The position numbers and the translations under genes were made by a program. DNA of 25,180 nucleotides, from contig JBDNCR010000001.1 in NCBI GenBank assembly GCA_046719555.1, forward strand, positions 1-25,180, read 5' to 3'. Shown piece after piece: positions 9,176-18,602 of the stretch. Each line of letters opens with the position of its first letter. Position 1 is the stretch's first letter. This stretch comes from Verrucomicrobiia bacterium (GTDB lineage Bacteria > Verrucomicrobiota > Verrucomicrobiia > Methylacidiphilales > CALFVM01). The notes beneath the pieces are model-generated. The model made no database searches, was not told where the DNA came from, and saw only the letters and a program-made list of their open reading frames with translations.

Positions 9176-11373
9176 GGGTGGGGTTGGAGGCGGACCGCCC
9201 CGCATTTGTAGGCGGGTTGACGTGAATGGGGATCGACGATCCATGGGGTCAGCTGGTTGGCCTGCTGATCGTGCATGGGGATAAAGACGTGCCCCGGCGG
9301 GACGGTGGGGGTGACGCCGGCCCAGCCGGTGATGGAGCCCCGTGGCGAGTGGACGGTGAGGGGGTCACCGTCGGCGATGTGGGCAGCCTTGGCGTCGGTG
9401 GGATGGATCTCGATCCGAAGGCGGGAGGGATGAAGTTTGCGGAGGATGGCGGATTTCTCGGTTCGGCTCCCGGTGTGCCACTGGGAGGAGCTGCCGCGTC
9501 CGGTGAGCAGCCAGAGGGGGAAATCGGGGCTGGGCGTTTCTGGAGCAGGTGCGGGCGGGTCGAAGATCAGGCGGGCTTGGCCATCGGGGTGATAGAAGCG
9601 ACGATCTTGGAACAGGCGACGTTCTTGTTTGGAGGAATCGGGGAGGGGTGTGGCCGGGTAGGGCCATTGAATGCCGCCAAGCTCTTCGAGGTGGGCATAG
9701 TCGCGGATGCCGGTGATGTCGCAGGGTTGCCCGGCACTGCATTGTTTGAGGAGTTGGAACACCGCTTCGGGGGTGGTCCAACGGGTGAACAGGTGTCCGC
9801 AGCCCCAGGCATCGGCGAGGGCTCGGAAGATACGGAAATCGGAGAGGGCCTGGCCGGGAGGGCGGCGGACGGGACGGATGACGCCGATGCGGCGTTCGGA
9901 GTTGATGAAGGTTCCTTCTTTTTCGCCCCAACCGGCGGCGGGCAGGTAGAGATCGGCGCCTTGCGCAGTTTCCGTGGTGGGATACATGTCCTGAACCACG
10001 AGAAAGTCGAGTTGCTCCCGCAGACGGTGGAAGCGGTTCTGGTGAATCCAAGAGTGGGCGGGATTGGTCGCGATGATCCACAGGGCGCGGATGCGGCCTG
10101 CTTCAACGGCTTCGAGGATTTGATCGTAGGCCAGGCTGTTCTGATCGGGGATGCGGGCGGGGTCGATGTCGAGGATGCGGGCGATTTTGTCGCGGTGGGC
10201 GGGGTTGGTGAAGTCGTGGCCGCCGAGGAGGTTGGTGGTGTTGGAGAAAAGGCGGGAGCCCATGGCATTGCACTGGCCGGTGATGGAGTTGGCACCGGTG
10301 CCGGGCTGGCCGATGTTGCCGGTGATGAGGGCGAGGTTGATGATGGCCTGGGCGGTTCGGGTGGCTTGGTGGCTTTGATTGACGCCCATGGTCCACCAGA
10401 AGGAAATTCGTTGGCCGGAGGTGATGAGGGCGGCGAAGCGTTCGTAGGCGGCGGGGTCCAGCCCGGTTTCGGCCAGGACCCGATCGGGAGTGAAGTCGCG
10501 GGTGAAGGTTTCATAGGCGTCCAGGCCGTGGGCGTAGGTGGCGACGGTGGTCCGGTTGACCGCGCCACGGGCAAACGCTTCGCGAGCTAGCCCATAGAAG
10601 AGAGTGAGATCGGATTTCGGCCGTGCCGGGAGGTGAAGAGTCGAGGCGCAGGCGGTTTCGGTGCGTCGGGGATCGATGACGACAATTTCCGGGTTGCGGC
10701 GGTTCCGCATGACCCGCTGCCACATGATGGGATGGGCGATGCAGGGGTTGGCGCCGATGAAGACGAGGACATCGCTCTGTTCGAAATCAGCGTAGGTGAA
10801 CGGGGGTGCGTCGAAGCCGAAGGATTGTTTGTAAGCCGTAACGGCGGTGGCCATGCATTGGCGGGTGTTGCCATCGCCGTGCAGCATGCCCATGCCGAAT
10901 TTGGCTAAAGCGCCAAGGAAGGCCATCTCTTCGCAAACGATTTGCCCGGTGGAAAGAAAAGCGGCCGCATGGGGACCGTGGCGCGATTGAACGGAGCGGA
11001 TTCTGGAGGAGAATTCCTTGAGGGCTTCCGGCCAGGAAAGAGGACGGGTTATTTTGCCCCGCCGAAGCAACGGAGTGGTGCCGCGATCGGGGGCCTCGAG
11101 TGGGGCGAGGGCTTCCCAACCTTTGGGACAGGCCATGCCGAGGTTGACTGGATAGTGTGCGTCCGGGGTGAGGTTGACGGCACGGCCTTCGCGGAGATGG
11201 AGGGTGAGATTGCAGCCGGTGGAGCAGAAGCCACAGACCGAGCCGGTGACCGCGTCGGGCTGGTTGCGGAAGGGAACTTGTCCGAGTCCGAAACGGCCTG
11301 GCGTGCGCACCAACTCGGCCGTGAGCACGCCGTCCCATTCGCGCAGGGTCGGTTGGGGAAGTTTGAATTTCAT
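9139..11373 (-). CDS. nasA: Assimilatory-type nitrate reductase catalytic subunit (Mo-bisPGD, one [4Fe-4S]), 744 aa
   Basis: CGFCSTGC...CPKG N-terminal Fe-S motif, [11 protein letters not shown] (Mo-ligand Cys region of NasA/NarB/NapA), [29 protein letters not shown] and QWHTGSRT. No twin-arginine signal. Start at 11373 is supported by an ATGA overlap with the upstream gene; 11625 is an extension in the ORF track. Confidence 0.92.
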   Translation of the reverse strand: MKFKLPQPTLREWDGVLTAELVRTPGRFGLGQVPFRNQPDAVTGSVCGFCSTGCNLTLHLREGRAVNLTPDAHYPVNLGMACPKGWEALAPLEAPDRGTTPLLRRGKITRPLSWPEALKEFSSRIRSVQSRHGPHAAAFLSTGQIVCEEMAFLGALAKFGMGMLHGDGNTRQCMATAVTAYKQSFGFDAPPFTYADFEQSDVLVFIGANPCIAHPIMWQRVMRNRRNPEIVVIDPRRTETACASTLHLPARPKSDLTLFYGLAREAFARGAVNRTTVATYAHGLDAYETFTRDFTPDRVLAETGLDPAAYERFAALITSGQRISFWWTMGVNQSHQATRTAQAIINLALITGNIGQPGTGANSITGQCNAMGSRLFSNTTNLLGGHDFTNPAHRDKIARILDIDPARIPDQNSLAYDQILEAVEAGRIRALWIIATNPAHSWIHQNRFHRLREQLDFLVVQDMYPTTETAQGADLYLPAAGWGEKEGTFINSERRIGVIRPVRRPPGQALSDFRIFRALADAWGCGHLFTRWTTPEAVFQLLKQCSAGQPCDITGIRDYAHLEELGGIQWPYPATPLPDSSKQERRLFQDRRFYHPDGQARLIFDPPAPAPETPSPDFPLWLLTGRGSSSQWHTGSRTEKSAILRKLHPSRLRIEIHPTDAKAAHIADGDPLTVHSPRGSITGWAGVTPTVPPGHVFIPMHDQQANQLTPWIVDPHSRQPAYKCGAVRLQPHPQRIERVRKGQA

Positions 11374-12860
11374 GATCCGGGCATTTTGGTGGCGACTCCG
11401 CTTTTGAAGTAGAGCCAGCGTTCGATCAGTTCGCCGAGAAGGGCCAGCAGCAGGGCGGCAGGGAGGGAGAGGAAAAAGAGAGGAATCGCCATCGCACCGA
11501 TCAGGAAACGGGCCAGGGTCCAACGGCGCAGAGGGCCGCGCAGCAGCAGCGCGGAGCGTTGTCGGTCGGTGAGGGTTGGAGACTGGGCATCTGAATTTTG
11601 AAGGGAAATCATGCGGGCTTCCCATGCGAGTTTCAAAATCAGAAGGGCGGGCAGCGCGGCGGGCAGGGCGAAGAGGGCGGTGGTCCCGAAGAAGCGGAGG
11701 AAGGTGCGTGAGCCGCGCCAGACCTGGCGGTGGGTGTCGTGATAGACCATGGCCGAGCAGAAGACACCGAGGATCCCGGTGACGATGGCGGCGGTGAGGG
11801 CGGCAGGAACGACCCAGGGTGGGGTCGGTGCGGGAGAGAAAGGCAAGGCAACTTCAAGGCCAAGGGTGGCGGTGGAGGCTGCGAGAAAGGTGCCAAGGGC
11901 GATGATTTCACGGCTGAGCCAGGAGGTGCGCCAGCCGAGAAAGGCGCGCCAGGCTTTGAGGGGCTGGCCGAGGTGAAGGATGCTGGCGGCGAGGCCGAGA
12001 TGGATGAGGACAACGGCGGCGATGAGCCAGGCAAGGGGTGAAGCTTGGAAGGTGGCGGCGATGAGAAGGCCGAGCCCGGTTTGGGTGAAAACGAGCATGA
12101 TGACGAGCGGCCCGTGACCTGGCTGAACGGTTGGTGCGGCGTGGTCCGCGGCACGGAGGGATTCGGCTAAAGGTTTGGTTGAAACGTAACGGGTGGTGGG
12201 GATGGTGATGCGGGGATCGGGGGTGTGGGGCAGAAAGACGCCTTCGGCGGCGCGGGCGCGGGCCGTGGAGGTGCGGATGACGCGGATGGCGATGGCCGAG
12301 GTCGGGCAGGCCTGAACGCAGGCCGGGGCTTCCCCTGCGGCAAGGCGTCCGTGGCACATGTCGCATTTGCGCACGATGCCGAGGCGGTCGGAATACTTCG
12401 GCACCTCGTAGGGACATTTCATGATGCAGTATTGGCAGCCGATGCACTGGTCATCGAGGTGGCGAACCACCCCGGTGACGGAATCTTTTTCGTAGGCGAG
12501 GACGGGGCAGCCGTGGGCGCAGCCAGGGTCGGCGCAGTGGTGGCAGGCCGTGGTGACGGTCTGGACGACAGCCTGGCCGTTGGCATGGCCTTGGAGGCGG
12601 CCGACTTCGCGCCAGCTTTCCTGGTCATCGAGGCCGTTGAGACTGTGACAGGCGGCGACGCAGGCTTTGCAGCCGGTGCATTTGTCGAGATCGACTTCGA
12701 AGGCGTATTGCTCGCCGGGACCTGGTGCGGAAAGAGGAATGAGATCGCGGTAGGTGCCCGCGAGGGCGTGGTCGCGGCGGTCGTGTTCGCGGGCGAAGCG
12801 AGCAACGGGGGTAAGGGTGCGCTGCTCGGAGAGAAGTTCGTCGATGAGGGTGGGACTCAT
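11370..12860 (-). CDS. Fused DmsB-like 4x[4Fe-4S] ferredoxin plus DmsC/YnfH (NrfD superfamily) membrane anchor, 496 aa
   Basis: Sixteen Cys in four groups ([44 protein letters not shown]), followed by ~7-8 TM segments with DmsC hallmarks [34 protein letters not shown] and [14 protein letters not shown] overlaps at both ends. Confidence 0.9.
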   Translation of the reverse strand: MSPTLIDELLSEQRTLTPVARFAREHDRRDHALAGTYRDLIPLSAPGPGEQYAFEVDLDKCTGCKACVAACHSLNGLDDQESWREVGRLQGHANGQAVVQTVTTACHHCADPGCAHGCPVLAYEKDSVTGVVRHLDDQCIGCQYCIMKCPYEVPKYSDRLGIVRKCDMCHGRLAAGEAPACVQACPTSAIAIRVIRTSTARARAAEGVFLPHTPDPRITIPTTRYVSTKPLAESLRAADHAAPTVQPGHGPLVIMLVFTQTGLGLLIAATFQASPLAWLIAAVVLIHLGLAASILHLGQPLKAWRAFLGWRTSWLSREIIALGTFLAASTATLGLEVALPFSPAPTPPWVVPAALTAAIVTGILGVFCSAMVYHDTHRQVWRGSRTFLRFFGTTALFALPAALPALLILKLAWEARMISLQNSDAQSPTLTDRQRSALLLRGPLRRWTLARFLIGAMAIPLFFLSLPAALLLALLGELIERWLYFKSGVATKMPGS

Positions 12861-14548
12861 CCGAGCATTTCCTGGAGTTGGCCCACTTCGTGACGGGTGG
12901 TGAATTGTTGAAAAGACTCGCCGTCCTGCCGTTTGGCCAGATAGAGGCGCAGGAGTTTTTCGATGTGGCGTTTGGCCTGCTCGAAGGGCATGGCCTGGAA
13001 GAGTTGTCTTCCAATCGCACGGTTCTGGCCGAAGCCGCCCCCAACGCAAACGTGGTAGGCCTCCTGGCCATCACGGGTTTTGGCCCCGAGCAATCCGATG
13101 TCGCCCATGTAATGTTGGGCACAGGAGTGGGGGCAGCCGGTGAAGTGGATGTTGACGGGCTGGTCGAGGGAAAGACGCTGGTCGAGGTAACGAGCGAGTT
13201 CCAAGGCGTGGCCCTTGGTGTCGGTCGCGGCGTATTTGCAGTAACGGTTGCCGGTGCAGGCGATGATGCCGCTGGTCAGGTTGGATTGCCGCCAGTCCAA
13301 TCCGACTTTGATCAGCGCTTTTTTTACGGTTTCGACAAAGCCGTTGGGGATATTGGGAATGACGACGTTCTGCCAGACAGTCAGGCGCAGGTCACCGGAA
13401 CCGTAGTTTTCCGCCAGCTCGGCCAGACGATGAAGTTGCTTGGGGGTGATCTGGCCGATGGGCAACGCCACGCCGATGAAAGTCAGTCCTTCCTGCTTCT
13501 GTCGGTGAACGCCGATGTGGCTGTGGGGCAGCTCCTGGCAGGGGTAGGCGAGGGGAGCTTCTTCGAGCGCGGAGCGGGTCAACGGATGGCCGAGCAGTTT
13601 TTCGGTTTCCTCCCGATAACGTTCGAGGCTCCATTGTTCGAGCAGGTGTTTGAGACGGGCTTTTTTGCGGTCGCCGCGGTTGCCGTTGCGGATGAAGACA
13701 CGGATCAGGGCCACGATCACCCGGACAATTTCTTCCGGGGGCACGAGGACGCCGAGATCGCGGGCGAAGGCCTTGTGACCGGTGGCACCGCCGAGGGCGA
13801 TGCGGAAGCGGACTTCGGAGCCGACGCGGACGGCCTTGACGCCGATGTCATTGGTGTCCTCGACCGAGCCGATGAGTCCGCCGCCGTCAAAGGCGATGTT
13901 GAACTTGCGCGGCAGGTCGTAGAATTCGCGATGGGAGAGGATGAACTGGGAAAGTTTCTGCACGTAGGGCGTGCAGTCGATCAACTCGAGGGGATCGACT
14001 CCGGCGGTCGGATTGGCGGTGATGTTGCGGATGTTGTCGGCACCCGCCCCTTGGGTGTGGAGGCCGATGGCTTGCACTCGGCGCAGAAACTCCGGCGTAT
14101 CACGGGGGGCGATCAGACGGATTTGCAGGTTGGCGCGGGTGGTGACTTGGATGTAACCGGTGGTGAGCTGTGCGGCAAGGTCGGCGAGTTCATGGGCTTG
14201 GTAGGATTTGAGTTGTCCGCCGGGGATGCGGAGGCGGGCCATGAAGGCGTCTTTGACCGGGGTGAGATAAAACAAGCCGTGCCACTTGAAGCGGAAGATC
14301 TCCTCTTTATCGGGCGCTTGGTCGGCCCGCGCATTTTCTTCAATCCGATAATAGGAATCCAGCGGGTGCTCTTCTTTTTTGATCCGTTCTTCGGCAATGA
14401 GGATGGGTGGTTCCGCGGCATCGGGGGCCGGGGCCAAATCGCCGAAGCGGATGCCTTGGTCCTCAAGGCCTTTGAAGAAGCCCTGCAAATAGGACCTCTG
14501 GTCGGGCGCGAGATCTTTGCCGAGGATGGAAGTGGGAATGGGGGTCAT
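12857..14548 (-). CDS. nirA: Siroheme/[4Fe-4S] nitrite reductase, NirA family
   Basis: FKWHGLF, FMARLRIPGG, TTRANLQIR, GADNIRN, LPRKFNIA (nitrite-type Asn rather than the SiR RKFK), and siroheme/Fe-S ligands ACTGNRYC and TGCPHSCAQH. Confidence 0.92.
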   Translation of the reverse strand: MTPIPTSILGKDLAPDQRSYLQGFFKGLEDQGIRFGDLAPAPDAAEPPILIAEERIKKEEHPLDSYYRIEENARADQAPDKEEIFRFKWHGLFYLTPVKDAFMARLRIPGGQLKSYQAHELADLAAQLTTGYIQVTTRANLQIRLIAPRDTPEFLRRVQAIGLHTQGAGADNIRNITANPTAGVDPLELIDCTPYVQKLSQFILSHREFYDLPRKFNIAFDGGGLIGSVEDTNDIGVKAVRVGSEVRFRIALGGATGHKAFARDLGVLVPPEEIVRVIVALIRVFIRNGNRGDRKKARLKHLLEQWSLERYREETEKLLGHPLTRSALEEAPLAYPCQELPHSHIGVHRQKQEGLTFIGVALPIGQITPKQLHRLAELAENYGSGDLRLTVWQNVVIPNIPNGFVETVKKALIKVGLDWRQSNLTSGIIACTGNRYCKYAATDTKGHALELARYLDQRLSLDQPVNIHFTGCPHSCAQHYMGDIGLLGAKTRDGQEAYHVCVGGGFGQNRAIGRQLFQAMPFEQAKRHIEKLLRLYLAKRQDGESFQQFTTRHEVGQLQEMLG

Positions 14549-14568
14549 GGGGAGGAGTGTTTTGACGG

Positions 14569-16215
14569 TTAATACACGTCGCGCTGATAACGCTTTTGCG
14601 CTTGGAGAGTGTGGAGGAAGTCGGAGGCTTGGTCTGGGGAGAGACCGCCGACCTGGACGGCAATTTGGTGGAGCGCGGCTTCGACATCCTTGGCCATCCG
14701 CTTGGCATCTCCGCAGACGTAGAAATGGCCGCCCTCTTGGAGCCAGGACCAGAGTTCGGCGGCCTGTTCGAGCATCCGGTTTTGCACGTAGATTTTCTCC
14801 TGCTGATCGCGAGAAAAGGCGGTGTCTAGGCGGGTGAGAAGACCGTCTTGCTGCATGGCTTGGAGTTCGTCGCGGTAGAGGAAGTCGCAGGCGGCTTTTT
14901 GGTCGCCAAAGAAGAGCCAGTTCTTTCCTGGGGCGCCGATGGCGCGCCGTTCTTGGAGGAAGGCACGGAAAGGGGCGATGCCGGTGCCGGGGCCGACCAT
15001 GATCATGGGTCGGGAGGGGTCGGTGGGAGGTTTGAAGTTGGGCGAGCGGTGGACAAAGATGGGGAGGGGAGTGTCGGGACCGACCCGTTCAGCGAGGAAG
15101 GTGGAGCAGACGCCGGAGCAGAGGCGGCCGTTGAGTTGGTAGCGGACGACACCGACGGTGAGGTGAACTTCGCCGGGATGGGCTTTGGGGCTGGAGGAGA
15201 TGGAGTAGAGGCGGGGCTGGAGTTTTTTAAGGGGGGCAACCAGATCGGTCGCTGCGATGTGACCTGTGGGAAGCTCGGCCCGAAAGTGGCCGAGGTCGAG
15301 GTGCTCGGTGAGGGCTTTGCGCAAGGGGAAGTCCCCGATTTTGGGGAGGGTCACGGCTTCTTCACCATCGAGCCCGGCGGCATCCAGAATGTCCTGAACC
15401 AAGGCCGGATCATTCTGCGGAAGCACGCCGAGGGCATCGCCGACCTCGTAGGTGAGCCCGGAATCGCCGAGGAGGATTTCAAGGTGGCGGGTGTCTTTGG
15501 TAGAGCCGGGTCCGTTGAGGCGACGGTTGGTTTTGAGTCGGGCGAGGTAGGGATGAGTTTTGGAGAAGGAGGCCGGGGGTGGAGAGGCGGTGGGCGTGAG
15601 TTGGGGTGTTTGGGCGCCGACTCCGAGGGTCTGGATGAAGCCACGGAACCATTCGGCGGCGGGTGTTTCGTAGTCCACATCGCAATCGGTGCGGGGATAG
15701 ATCCGTTTGGCGCCGAGTTCTTCGAGCCTTTGGTCGAGGCGCTTACCGGCTTCGCAGAAGTGGACGTAGTTGGTGTCGCCGAGGGCCAGAACGGAATATT
15801 CGAGATGGGCGAGGGAGGGGGCGGAACCGTTCCGGATGAAATTCCAGAAGGCCTGAGCGTTGTCGGGCATGTCCCCATCGCCGTAGGTGCTGGTGATGAT
15901 GGCTAGCCGGGATTCTTTGGAGAAGTCGATCTTGGTGAATTCGTCCAGGCTGTGAACGCGGGAGTCGAAGCCGACGGCGCGGGCTTGTTGTGAGAATTTG
16001 CGGGCGAGTTGTTCGGAGGAGCCGGTTTGGGAGCCGAAAAGGAACAGCAGCGGCCCGTGGACCGGCGGCGGGGGGGAGTCCGCCGCCGACCGTGCGGTGC
16101 CGATGTGCCCTGCGGCCAGCAGGCCCGCCAAGTAGCCGTTGATCCAGGCCCGTTGTTCGGGGGAAAAGGGTGCGGTTTCGGGAATGAACGCAACGTCGGT
16201 TGGCGGTGGGGTCAT
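14569..16215 (-). CDS. cysJ: CysJ-like NADPH diflavin (FMN/FAD) reductase; probable electron donor to NirA, 548 aa
   Basis: Flavodoxin motifs FGSQTGSSE, TSTYGDGDMPDNA and LGDTNYVHFC; FAD/NADPH motifs RLYSISSS, GVCSTFL, MVGPGTGIAPFRAF, TAFSRDQ, YVCGDAKRMAKDV and RYQRDVY. The symbol denotes the family, not a proven sulfite role. A GTG at 16221 is an alternative start. Confidence 0.92.
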   Translation of the reverse strand: MTPPPTDVAFIPETAPFSPEQRAWINGYLAGLLAAGHIGTARSAADSPPPPVHGPLLFLFGSQTGSSEQLARKFSQQARAVGFDSRVHSLDEFTKIDFSKESRLAIITSTYGDGDMPDNAQAFWNFIRNGSAPSLAHLEYSVLALGDTNYVHFCEAGKRLDQRLEELGAKRIYPRTDCDVDYETPAAEWFRGFIQTLGVGAQTPQLTPTASPPPASFSKTHPYLARLKTNRRLNGPGSTKDTRHLEILLGDSGLTYEVGDALGVLPQNDPALVQDILDAAGLDGEEAVTLPKIGDFPLRKALTEHLDLGHFRAELPTGHIAATDLVAPLKKLQPRLYSISSSPKAHPGEVHLTVGVVRYQLNGRLCSGVCSTFLAERVGPDTPLPIFVHRSPNFKPPTDPSRPMIMVGPGTGIAPFRAFLQERRAIGAPGKNWLFFGDQKAACDFLYRDELQAMQQDGLLTRLDTAFSRDQQEKIYVQNRMLEQAAELWSWLQEGGHFYVCGDAKRMAKDVEAALHQIAVQVGGLSPDQASDFLHTLQAQKRYQRDVY

Positions 16216-16221
16216 GGGCAC

Positions 16222-17703
16222 CTAGAAGCTGATGAGGGCTTGGACGTAGATGAAATCGGCGTCGGCGGTTTGGCCGGTTGGGGCGGTGTCGGAGATGTAA
16301 CCGCCGGTGAAGAAGTGGGCGTAACCGGCTTCAAGCTTGAGCCATTGATTGAGGTCATACCAGAGGGTGAGGTCGATCTCGGACCCGACAAAGCCGGAGG
16401 GATTGCGGTTGAGGGCGTTGGCGTAGCGGGGGGCTCCGCCGACGGGTTGTTGGGCGGCGAAGCGCCAGACGTCCCGGGTTTCGGCCAACCAGAAAAGGTG
16501 GTAGTCGAGTTTGATCCGGAGTTTCGGCGTTGGTTGGACGGTGAGGCCGATGGCCGGGTTGTGCAGGTTTTGCCAGGAGAACCGATCCATGTAGCCGTAG
16601 AATTTGTGGTTGGTGGGGAAGAGATTTTGAAAGGTGTGGGAGATACCGTCGTTGGGGTCGCTGTCGCCTGAGCCGTAGTTGTACTCGAGGTGGAGCCGAG
16701 GTTTCCACGGGTGGGTGAAGGTGTAACCGCCCTCGATGTGGAGAGCCCCAGCGAGAAGGTCTTGCCGGTTGATGTTGATGGGATTTCCGCCAACGAGGGG
16801 GCCGAAGCCTTGGGGGTTGGAGAGGCCACCGATTTGGAAAGCAAATTCGGCGTTGGCGTCCCAGGGTCCGAAGGCCCCCTTTTTTGATTTCAGGCGGGTG
16901 CCGAGGGTGGCGTAGTCTCCGGCGGGGGCGGTGTTGCCATCGACCCGTTCGTCCCGTCCGGTGAAGGTGGTGGAGGGGGTGACTTGGGATTTGCTGCGCC
17001 AGAGCAGGAAGAGGTCGGAATCGAAGGAGGGGATGAGGTCGGTGGTGGCGTAGAGGCCGGTGAAGAGGTCGGTGGTGTCGGGATTGTTGAATCCTTCGGT
17101 TCGGTGGAGGACGACGTAGCCGGCGAAGGCATCGAGGGTGAAGCCGCCGTTTTGGTAGCTCAGGCGGAGGGCGTCGAAGGTTCGGGCATTGTTGTCCCAC
17201 TCAAAGGCACCGATCAGCCGCTCGTCACCGTAGGAGAGGATTTGCCGCCCGATTTTGAATCTGAGGGGCTGCCCCCAGAGGTTATCGAGTTGGAGGTAGC
17301 CCTGACGCAGGGCGATGGGGCTATCGTTGGAGATGAATTCGCGGGTGGCATCGTTCTGGGGGTTGTCAAAGAAGGTGCGGGAGTCTTGGAGTTGGGCGTA
17401 GGCGGTGAAGTTCTCAACGGGCTGGAACTTGAGTCCGAGGCGGAGCCGTTGGAGGAGCGCCTGGGAATCGCGGACGTCGGTGCTGTCGGAAAAATCGATC
17501 CAGTTGCTTCGCCACTCAAATCGTTCGCGGAACTGGAAGTCGAGGGTGAACTGATGATGGTAAAAGGTGATGGGTTGGCCGGGTTGCCAAGGGTCTTGGC
17601 GGAGTTTGGCTTGGGCCGAGGTTGGGCGGCCGGTGAGGGCGGGGGATCCGGCTTGGACGATGGTGGGGAGGAGGAGGGCGAGGAGGTAGAGATGAGGTTT
17701 CAT
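16222..17703 (-). CDS. Alginate export (AlgE-like) family outer-membrane beta-barrel; putative nitrate/nitrite porin
   Basis: Sec signal [88 protein letters not shown], and a C-terminal beta-signal YVQALISF. Embedded in the nitrate operon. Confidence 0.85.
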   Translation of the reverse strand: MKPHLYLLALLLPTIVQAGSPALTGRPTSAQAKLRQDPWQPGQPITFYHHQFTLDFQFRERFEWRSNWIDFSDSTDVRDSQALLQRLRLGLKFQPVENFTAYAQLQDSRTFFDNPQNDATREFISNDSPIALRQGYLQLDNLWGQPLRFKIGRQILSYGDERLIGAFEWDNNARTFDALRLSYQNGGFTLDAFAGYVVLHRTEGFNNPDTTDLFTGLYATTDLIPSFDSDLFLLWRSKSQVTPSTTFTGRDERVDGNTAPAGDYATLGTRLKSKKGAFGPWDANAEFAFQIGGLSNPQGFGPLVGGNPININRQDLLAGALHIEGGYTFTHPWKPRLHLEYNYGSGDSDPNDGISHTFQNLFPTNHKFYGYMDRFSWQNLHNPAIGLTVQPTPKLRIKLDYHLFWLAETRDVWRFAAQQPVGGAPRYANALNRNPSGFVGSEIDLTLWYDLNQWLKLEAGYAHFFTGGYISDTAPTGQTADADFIYVQALISF

Positions 17704-18602
17704 GGTGAAGCGGTTGAGGATGAGGTGGCGGCGGCCCGGGGTGGGGGAGCGGGGGCATGGAAGGGGATGATCTTGGGTCCGGGGTTGGAGGGCCGGTTGA
17801 CCAGGGGCCGGTCATGGCCGCGGAGGTGGGAAAGGTGATGGAGGAAGTGGAGGAGATGTTCGCGGTAAGTGTAGAAGCGGGGATCTTCGAGGAGGGCGTG
17901 TCGGTCGCGAGGTCGGGGGAAGTCGATGGGGAGGATGTCGCCGACTTCGGCCTCGGGTCCGTTGGTCATCATGACGACGCGATCGGAGAGATAGACGGCT
18001 TCATCGACGTCATGGGTCACCATGAGGGTGGTGATTTGGAAGCGGTTCCAGACTTCAAGGAGAACTTGTTGGAGTTCGTATTTGGTGAGTTTGTCGAGCA
18101 TGCCGAACGGCTCGTCGAGGAGTAGGATTTTGGGGGAAAGGGCAAAGGCGCGGGCGATGCCAACCCGCTGGCGCATGCCCTGGGAGAGTTCGGCCGGGCG
18201 TTGGTGCATGGCGTCGGCGAGGCCAACCACGGTGAGGTAGTATTCCGCGATTTGTCGGCGCTCGGCTTTGGGGGCGGTGAAGAAGACCTGATCCACGGCG
18301 AGCCTGACGTTTTGGTAGGCGGTCATCCAGGGGAGGAGGCAAGGGGCCTGGAAGACCACGCCGCGGTCTGGCCCGGGCTCATCCAGTTGGCGACCGTGCA
18401 GGAAGATGCCTCCGGAGGAGGCTTGTTGGAGCCCGGCGACCATGGAGAGCACGGTCGATTTGCCACAGCCGGAGTGGCCGATAAGGCAGACGAACTCGCC
18501 AGGGGCGATGTCGAGGTCAAAGTCTTTGACCACGGTGCAGGGGCCACTTGGGGTGGGGTAGACTTTATGGAGTCGAGAGAGCTGAAGGACGGGACGGGTC
18601 AT
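17700..18602 (-). CDS. nrtD: Nitrate/nitrite ABC transporter ATP-binding protein (NrtD-like), 300 aa
   Basis: Walker [15 protein letters not shown]-loop, LSQGMRQR signature, [11 protein letters not shown] and VTHDVDEA. Start at 18602 is supported by an ATGA overlap with the upstream ATPase stop. Confidence 0.9.
   Translation of the reverse strand: MTRPVLQLSRLHKVYPTPSGPCTVVKDFDLDIAPGEFVCLIGHSGCGKSTVLSMVAGLQQASSGGIFLHGRQLDEPGPDRGVVFQAPCLLPWMTAYQNVRLAVDQVFFTAPKAERRQIAEYYLTVVGLADAMHQRPAELSQGMRQRVGIARAFALSPKILLLDEPFGMLDKLTKYELQQVLLEVWNRFQITTLMVTHDVDEAVYLSDRVVMMTNGPEAEVGDILPIDFPRPRDRHALLEDPRFYTYREHLLHFLHHLSHLRGHDRPLVNRPSNPGPKIIPFHAPAPPPRAAATSSSTASP

Noticed and set aside
9139-12860. DMSO/polysulfide reductase or periplasmic Nap interpretation
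   Set aside because: The catalytic subunit has NasA/NarB-type motifs and no Tat signal, there are no napBCD or dmsD genes, and it sits in an operon with NirA and a nitrate ABC transporter.
9226-14572. Long plus-strand ORFs 9226..10590 and 12878..14572 (and similar ones at 14848, 16984, 20546)
   Set aside because: They are exact antisense mirrors of well-supported minus-strand genes; stop codons are rare on the antisense of GC-biased codons.
12857-16215. Sulfite reductase (cysJI) interpretation
   Set aside because: The hemoprotein has nitrite-type motifs (RKFN, GADNIRN, KWHGL), the context is nitrate uptake and reduction, and no cysH/cysD/cysN genes are adjacent.
16222-17703. Alginate or exopolysaccharide export function
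   Set aside because: No glycosyltransferase, polymerase or other alg genes in the window; the family name reflects fold only.
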